49,458 nucleotides of DNA, taken from positions 1 to 49,458 of IMG/VR virus record IMGVR_UViG_3300020045_001121; one strand, written 5' to 3'. Source of the stretch: a virus. Lineage: Duplodnaviria > Caudoviricetes. The notes below the pieces were generated by a model, which was not told the origin of the DNA, made no database searches, and saw nothing but the letters and a program-made list of their open reading frames with translations. This document shows, in pieces, positions 43,962 to 49,458 of the stretch (positions within the stretch are counted from its first letter, which is position 1; every line of letters starts with the position of its first letter). Both the position numbers and the translations under genes were made by a program.

Positions 43962-44347
43962 GGTTTCCACCTCTGCGCGGCCAGAACAGCGCGTGCAAAT
44001 AGACGCACTTGATCCTGCATATCATCCCCGTGTTCTCGTCTAATCCACAGCTCGAATATCTCGTCATCAGTCAGCTCGGCGACTGGCTGCTGTGGTGCTG
44101 CGTGCAGATAAAGCGGCGACCAAGCGCCTGACTGGCTGCGCACACTCTCTATTCGGGCATTGTGTATCGGGCCTTCATACATGCCGTCAGAGCAAATTCG
44201 CACCCAGAACATTGGCTCCTGCTCCGACGCATCAATAGCAGCACGTAGATGCTTCTTCAATAAATCAAGCTCATCCCAGTCCCTTGGGGTTGGTGCGCTG
44301 AATGCCTTTTGACTCATTGCAAGCGCCTCGCGTAAAAGTTGTTTCAT
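43958..44347 (-). CDS. Hypothetical protein
   Basis: PLY...P, LTDDEI, FARAV motifs typical of small phage early proteins. Confidence 0.65.
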   Translation of the reverse strand: MKQLLREALAMSQKAFSAPTPRDWDELDLLKKHLRAAIDASEQEPMFWVRICSDGMYEGPIHNARIESVRSQSGAWSPLYLHAAPQQPVAELTDDEIFELWIRREHGDDMQDQVRLFARAVLAAQRWKP

Positions 44348-44835
44348 GGCTTCACCTCGCAAATTCCGTGATGGGCTTCAATGGCAGCAGTTATCTCGTA
44401 AACATTTCCAAGAAAGCACCCGTCTTCTGCGAGATCATCAACCTGATCACGCGTCATCGGAACCCGTGGGGCAGCTTGTGGTGGCTGCGCATCAGCAGCC
44501 AGCATGTCGTAAGCATCACCTGCCCATTCGCCAAGGCCTCGGACATCGTCGTCCGTATAGTTGGCATTGTTGAGTTCGATGTACCGCGAAATCAGCGCCT
44601 CACGCTCAGCCGGCAGGGGCTGCTTGGCTAGTGCGTGGTTGGAAAATGGATGCAAGCACCCGACACAGCGTTTATCTGCATCAACTTCCCCGCAACAACC
44701 ACAGGGTTCCACCTCCACGCTCTGCGCTTCTTCGCGGTCAATAGCGTCGTTAAGGTCTTTTTGCGCGGCCTCACCACAGTAATTTAGCTCAAGAACTTCA
44801 AGCGCCTGCTTCATCGCTTCGATAGTTGTTTTCAT
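44344..44835 (-). CDS. Hypothetical protein
   Basis: EAMKQALE.LE start, AIEAHHGI end. Confidence 0.65.
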   Translation of the reverse strand: MKTTIEAMKQALEVLELNYCGEAAQKDLNDAIDREEAQSVEVEPCGCCGEVDADKRCVGCLHPFSNHALAKQPLPAEREALISRYIELNNANYTDDDVRGLGEWAGDAYDMLAADAQPPQAAPRVPMTRDQVDDLAEDGCFLGNVYEITAAIEAHHGICEVKP

Positions 44836-44979
44836 TTCAAAATCTCATGAGTAAGTGCATCCACCGATTTCTGAATATCTCCGAGCAAGTAATCCGGCAA
44901 GCGATGCTTTTCGGCAAAGCTCCAAGACTCCAGTGCTGATAGCAGCTTGATGATGTCAAGCAGTTGTTGTTTTGTCATT

Positions 44980-45219
44980 TCACCCACCTCCAAGCATCTG
45001 AGCCGCAAAGGCTTCACGTACCAACAAGATGCCTTTTTTAGTTGGTTTTTCTGTTTTACCGATTAACCCAAGCTCTTTCATAATCTCTGTAATCGTGTAG
45101 CCGCAGTGGTAGCCAACCAGCTTTTTCAGTACGCTCGTATTGACTAATTCCCTGAAGTCGGAGCGTCCGAAATTTGTCCCTTCAAACGCTTTTGTAATTT
45201 CTTCATCAGTGACTATCAT
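44980..45219 (-). CDS. Hypothetical protein
   Basis: 79 aa in a coupled gene run. Confidence 0.6.
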   Translation of the reverse strand: MIVTDEEITKAFEGTNFGRSDFRELVNTSVLKKLVGYHCGYTITEIMKELGLIGKTEKPTKKGILLVREAFAAQMLGGG

Positions 45220-45677
45220 TTGATGCCTGCTTTCTTGAGTGCTTCGATTGCATCTACATGCAATTCAGCATCCCGCTTGTAACTATCGACTCGCGCTGTT
45301 CTTGTTGGATACCCAGAATACAAATCTGCGTACTCAAGGTATTGGTTTTGCACCAGATCAACTGATTCCGTGAGGGCGCCCAAAGCCAACTTCCCAGCAG
45401 CTTCAAGTTCCGCAACCCGAACCAATGCAGTCATTCTCAGGTTTAAATCTTCGTTGAGCGATTCTTCAAGCTCCGCAACCCGTTGCGTTGCTACCACATA
45501 GGCAAGTTGATATTCCTGACGCGATGCGGTGGACAAGCTACAGTCGGCTTCAAGCTCTTGCACTCGGGTGCGGAGTTCGTCAATTTCTTTCTGCATGTAC
45601 TCAGTTGGCTCCATGCGTGTATTCCACTCTCGGTCATCAATGTCACGGAGTTCTCGCCAAGTATTTATTTCGGTCAT
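45216..45677 (-). CDS. Coiled-coil hypothetical protein (RV.ELE repeats)
   Basis: Three RV(Q/A)ELE repeats; AAGGA RBS before ATG 45677. Confidence 0.6.
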   Translation of the reverse strand: MTEINTWRELRDIDDREWNTRMEPTEYMQKEIDELRTRVQELEADCSLSTASRQEYQLAYVVATQRVAELEESLNEDLNLRMTALVRVAELEAAGKLALGALTESVDLVQNQYLEYADLYSGYPTRTARVDSYKRDAELHVDAIEALKKAGIK

Positions 45678-45964
45678 GATGGTTCCTTCATTGCTGCGTC
45701 GATAGCTGATCTGGGGGTAACGTGTTCTGTTGCACCAACCCATGTTGATCCGTCAGGGCGAGCGTATTGCAGCCAGTACCCATCACAACATGAGGCATCG
45801 CTAACGACATAGGCGCGGGCCTTAATCATGAAGTCAAGCCGCTCAGCGTCTGCCTTGAGCGCATCCCGTTCTCCAATAAGTCGCTCAACCGTCAAGCTAT
45901 ACGAATTCATAGTCGCCATTACGCGCGGGTGAACCATCGCGTCTGTTGCTGTTATAACTTTCAT
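45674..45964 (-). CDS. Hypothetical protein
   Basis: DAERLDF...PRSAIDAAMKE. Confidence 0.65.
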   Translation of the reverse strand: MKVITATDAMVHPRVMATMNSYSLTVERLIGERDALKADAERLDFMIKARAYVVSDASCCDGYWLQYARPDGSTWVGATEHVTPRSAIDAAMKEPS

Positions 45965-46205
45965 AATTGATACCCAATAAAGTAAGCCACTACTCCAGTA
46001 ATAACACCAGCGCCAGCTACTGCCAGTAGCAAGTCAATCAAAACCTCTTTGACAAGGCTGCGCTCTTTTTCACAATGTTTTTCACGGGCAGGACAGTTAT
46101 ATCCTTGAGTGCATTTTCCATAGTCATCACAGCAGTTCATTTTTTATCCTTAGTTGTTGATTGTTGAGTCTTTATTGTAGCGCAGGTTTAGTGCGCTACG
46201 TTGTT

Positions 46206-46361
46206 TTACAAGCCTTGTTTTGCGCGAAGTGCATCATAAACATCGCCAGCGAGTTTTATATAAGCACCTTCACCGATAACAAAATCAAAGGCTGATTTCA
46301 AGTCCATTCCGTTAGCCATTGCTGCAAGAATCTTTGCGCTGATGATTTGGTCTTTGTTCAT
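46206..46361 (-). CDS. Hypothetical protein (51 aa), first gene of the left-pointing arm
   Basis: Manual translation MNKDQIISAKILAAMANGMDLKSAFDFVIGEGAY...; AGGA RBS. Confidence 0.6.
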   Translation of the reverse strand: MNKDQIISAKILAAMANGMDLKSAFDFVIGEGAYIKLAGDVYDALRAKQGL

Positions 46362-46494
46362 TTCGTTCGTCCTATTGGTTGTTGATGTGATCTATTGTGC
46401 CACACAATACCGCTAAAAAGAAACAGTTTTAAATTTATTTTCACCATGCTTTCACGCCTAAAATTGACGTTTTCAACAAACTTACAAGGCAACC

Positions 46495-46794
46495 ATGACA
46501 CACTACGAAACAAGTAAAGCCCTCGCCATCTCCATCGGATGGTCCCCATTCCACATTCATGACTACATTGACAAGTCAGGTGAGCACAATATTAACTGCT
46601 TAGTCGATGGCGAATGGGTGCCGTTTGACTACCGTGACCCGCTGGTGATATGGCCTATTGCTAAGCGTTTTAACTGCTTTCCTTGGCGCGATTCAATGGG
46701 CTACTGGTGGGCCAACGTAGGCGACAAGGCAGAAGAGCATTCACATTCGGCTGAGTTGGCTGTGGCTTTGGCGGTGATTGGGGGTGTGAAGTGA
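46495..46794 (+). CDS. Hypothetical phage protein (DUF2591/ABA-sandwich-like)
   Basis: LA..IGW, FDYRDP..IWPIA, A.LAVALAVI. Confidence 0.55.
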   Translation: MTHYETSKALAISIGWSPFHIHDYIDKSGEHNINCLVDGEWVPFDYRDPLVIWPIAKRFNCFPWRDSMGYWWANVGDKAEEHSHSAELAVALAVIGGVK

Positions 46795-46942
46795 AAACAA
46801 AAAACGATGCTAAAGAGCTTGCAAACGAGCTTAGCAGTAACTACGCATGGATTAAATCCAAGTCTTTGATGAAAAAAGCATCAAAGATGATTAAGAGGCT
46901 TGACATTGATAATCGCAAACTAGCAAGGGCATTAGCTAAAAA

Positions 46943-48973
46943 ATGAGTAGTCTAAAAAGCATCTTCCCCAATGGTTTCCCCGTCCAAATAGATACGCCAG
47001 TCTTACCGCCAGAGCATCAGCTTCGGGTGCATATGTCTGAAAACTGCATCCAAGCGCCTGACGACATTATTTGCGACGGAAAGCTACACCGCTTCGCCAC
47101 GGGGTCTAAAAAGGGTGATTTAAGCGGCTGGTATGTCTTGCATGATGGCAAAGTACCTGCGGGGGTTTACGGGGATTGGAAGACTGGTGAAGAGTACCAA
47201 TTCAGGGCAAACATCGGGCGTGAACTTACTTTTCAGGAAAACATCGCACACGTCAAACAGATTAATGAGCTAAAGGCAAAGCGGGAAAAGGAGCTTTCAG
47301 ACTCGCGGGAGTATGCGGCGTACACGGCCACGAAGATATGGGATGCTGCACAGTTAGCCAGTGACGATCACCCATACATCAAGCGCAAGGGGATTAGTAA
47401 TCCTGGTTGGCGCATTGCACCTGACGGGCGATTGATAGCTCCAATGTTGATTGATGGTGATATTCGTAGCCTTCAATACATTGACAATGACGGCGTGAAA
47501 ATGAATATGAAGGGTGGTCAGGCTGGCGGTGCTTACTGGTCAATCGGGCCTGCCACTGATTCAGCCGGCGAGGGACGTATCTATATATGCGAGGGCATTG
47601 CCACTGGGGCAAGCGTTTTCGAGATTACGGGTAAGTCAGTTGTAATTAGCTTTTCAGCGGGCAACATGGCGGCGACTGCACAGGCTTTGCGCCATAAGGT
47701 CGGGCCACTGCGTGAGATTGTTATCGTGGCTGATAACGATGAGTCAGGGACGGGTAAGCGTGAAGCTGACAAGGCGGCTGGGCTGGTTGGTGCCACTGTA
47801 ATCATGCCACCAATGTTAGGGGATGCAAACGACTATGCTCAGGCTGGGCATGATCTGGGTGAGTTGTTGGAGCCTACGGAATCAATGACAGCGGCAACTG
47901 AGCGTCTTAATGTTGTCTTTGCGGATAACTTGGGAAACGAGTTTATTGCACCTGATGAGCTTGTCGAGGGGGTTATAACGGTAGGGGCATCGTCGGTGGT
48001 GTATGGTGACTCTAACTCAGGTAAGACGTTTTTTGTCTTGGATATGGGTTGCGCTATCGCCCGTGGCGTTGAGTGGATGGGCCGAAAGACTGAGCCAGGA
48101 TTGGTTATCTATCTTGCAACAGAGGCACCGGCGTCGATTAAAACGCGCTTGCAGGCTTACCAAAAATACCATTATTGCACTGTGCCGAACTTCGCAATTG
48201 TTCAAACACCGGTAAATTTCCACCGTGATATGCAGGACGCCAAAGATATCGTAACCATGATAGAGGACGTTGAAAAGGCACTAGGGAAAAAGGCGCGGCT
48301 GATTGTTGGTGATACTTTGGCGCGTATTAGCTCAGGGGCTAATGAGAACAGCGGTGACGATATGGGGCCGATTATGGAGCGTTTTGACTACCTTGCACGC
48401 AAGACTGGTGCCCATGTATTAATCATTCACCACAATGGTAAAGACGCGGCAAAGGGCGCGCGTGGGTGGTCAGGTATCAGGGCTCATATTGATACTGAGA
48501 TCGAATTGGTGGACGATAAAGGCGTGCGCAGTGCAACCATAACGAAGCAGCGGGAGTTGGGCGGGAAGGGTGACGTGATAGGTTTTAAGCTTGATATCGT
48601 TGACATGGGGCTTACCAAATGGGGCAAGACAGCGACTTCGTGCGTGGTTGTTGAGGATACTGAGGCAACATCCAAGGCAGAGGAAAAAGAATCAAAATCT
48701 ACTTCAGAAGCTCGCTCAAGCTTTGGAGGGGCGATGATTAAGTATGGTTATATTGATAGCTGCCACGACCTTTACATCACTACTGACAATTGGGTTCAGT
48801 ATGAAAAGGAAACAAAACGCCACATTAAAGACACCACAGCAGCCCAAAACGTAACCAAAACCACACGTTATCCCGAGTATTTGAAGGACTCAATTGAGCC
48901 AAAAAACGGTGGTTATAGGGTCACAAATGAGTCAAAATTTCACGGAATAAGGCTGATTTTGAAAAGCAGATAA
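46943..48973 (+). CDS. Primase-helicase (TOPRIM plus RecA-type AAA_25)
   Basis: HPY..RKGI, SLQYI, CEG.ATG, ADND..G.G, DAND; GDSNSGKTF, DTLAR, IHHNGKD..KGARG.S. Confidence 0.92.
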   Translation: MSSLKSIFPNGFPVQIDTPVLPPEHQLRVHMSENCIQAPDDIICDGKLHRFATGSKKGDLSGWYVLHDGKVPAGVYGDWKTGEEYQFRANIGRELTFQENIAHVKQINELKAKREKELSDSREYAAYTATKIWDAAQLASDDHPYIKRKGISNPGWRIAPDGRLIAPMLIDGDIRSLQYIDNDGVKMNMKGGQAGGAYWSIGPATDSAGEGRIYICEGIATGASVFEITGKSVVISFSAGNMAATAQALRHKVGPLREIVIVADNDESGTGKREADKAAGLVGATVIMPPMLGDANDYAQAGHDLGELLEPTESMTAATERLNVVFADNLGNEFIAPDELVEGVITVGASSVVYGDSNSGKTFFVLDMGCAIARGVEWMGRKTEPGLVIYLATEAPASIKTRLQAYQKYHYCTVPNFAIVQTPVNFHRDMQDAKDIVTMIEDVEKALGKKARLIVGDTLARISSGANENSGDDMGPIMERFDYLARKTGAHVLIIHHNGKDAAKGARGWSGIRAHIDTEIELVDDKGVRSATITKQRELGGKGDVIGFKLDIVDMGLTKWGKTATSCVVVEDTEATSKAEEKESKSTSEARSSFGGAMIKYGYIDSCHDLYITTDNWVQYEKETKRHIKDTTAAQNVTKTTRYPEYLKDSIEPKNGGYRVTNESKFHGIRLILKSR

Positions 48974-48982
48974 AAACACCAC

Positions 48983-49108
48983 CGGGGCAGATCATCGGGG
49001 CAGTTATTATTTTTGTAAGTTGTTGATTTATAAGGCTTTTTTAACAATCGGGGCAGTAGGTTTATAGGGTCAATAATAAACTGCCCCAGTCAAGGGCAGT
49101 CGGGGCAG
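48983..49108. repeat. Iteron-like (C)GGGGCAG repeats, putative replication origin
   Basis: Copies at 48983, 48996, 49049 and 49101, an inverted copy at 49081 and a partial at about 49094; AT-rich spacers. Confidence 0.65.
49016..49028 (-). promoter_or_regulatory. IHF consensus site
   Basis: - strand AATCAACAACTTA matches WATCAANNNNTTR. Confidence 0.6.
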
Positions 49109-49228
49109 CACACTATAGTGCTGCCACGACAGACAGACGAAAAAAAATTGTAGCTCAGAAATAATCGAATTTAAGGTACAATGATGCTTGATTCAAAAGG
49201 CCGTGAATGGCCTAAAAGCAGGGTCGGG

Positions 49229-49335
49229 AAATAACCTTCTAGTGAGGGTCTATCCCGAGCCGTCACCCATCCAGCAATGGACTACCGATCCTCCGGCAAC
49301 ATTCACCGGGGTCGGCTCTCACTAGAAGGTTATTT
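49229..49335 (+). other. Long inverted-repeat leader structure occluding an RBS
   Basis: AAATAACCTTCTAGTGAG (49229-49246) is the exact reverse complement of 49318-49335; ATG at 49336. Confidence 0.75.
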
Positions 49336-49337
49336 AT

Positions 49338-49458
49338 GAGAACTAGCAAATCAAAGCCAAAGATTAAGAAGGTAAAAAAATACTTAGGCCGCTTACCACC
49401 AAGCAGGACATGGGCGAAGATTGGTGAACTTGATGACGGCAAGACAATCATTAAGTGG
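49338..49458. repeat. Terminal direct repeat, copy 2 (circular assembly overlap)
   Basis: Identical to 1-121; an ORF reads through the junction. Confidence 0.95.

Noticed and set aside
1-49458. Alternative genetic code or stop-codon reassignment
   Set aside because: Core genes are full length in the standard code and no suppressor tRNA could be assigned

Overview
The window is an apparently complete, circularly assembled tailed-phage genome. It has about 49.3 kb of unique sequence, and bases 1-121 are repeated at 49338-49458. The virion is a short contractile-tailed (myovirus-type) particle. The + strand arm (about 0.5-30.5 kb) carries packaging, head, neck, tail, baseplate and lysis genes. 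The - strand arm (30.5-46.4 kb) carries small accessory genes plus recombination, helicase, methylase and nucleotide-metabolism genes. A divergent primase-helicase is followed by an iteron/IHF origin-like region. No integrase catalytic domain, clear repressor, DNA polymerase or CRISPR array was recognised. The structural operon is interrupted several times by antisense cassettes with their own promoter motif. The most striking interruption (21.1-22.0 kb) is not protein-coding: it is an array of at least seven helix-closed, partly tRNA-like RNA domains built from a three-times-repeated TTGAT/ATCAA interlocking scaffold. Other notable items are a 35-aa prepilin-like peptide, an Acb4-like (Gp49/Gp66) nucleotide-sponge candidate, a stand-alone ClpX zinc finger, a stand-alone integrase arm-binding domain, GTA-like head spikes and a -1 frameshift in the tail chaperone. 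All family assignments come from recalled motifs and synteny, not from database searches.
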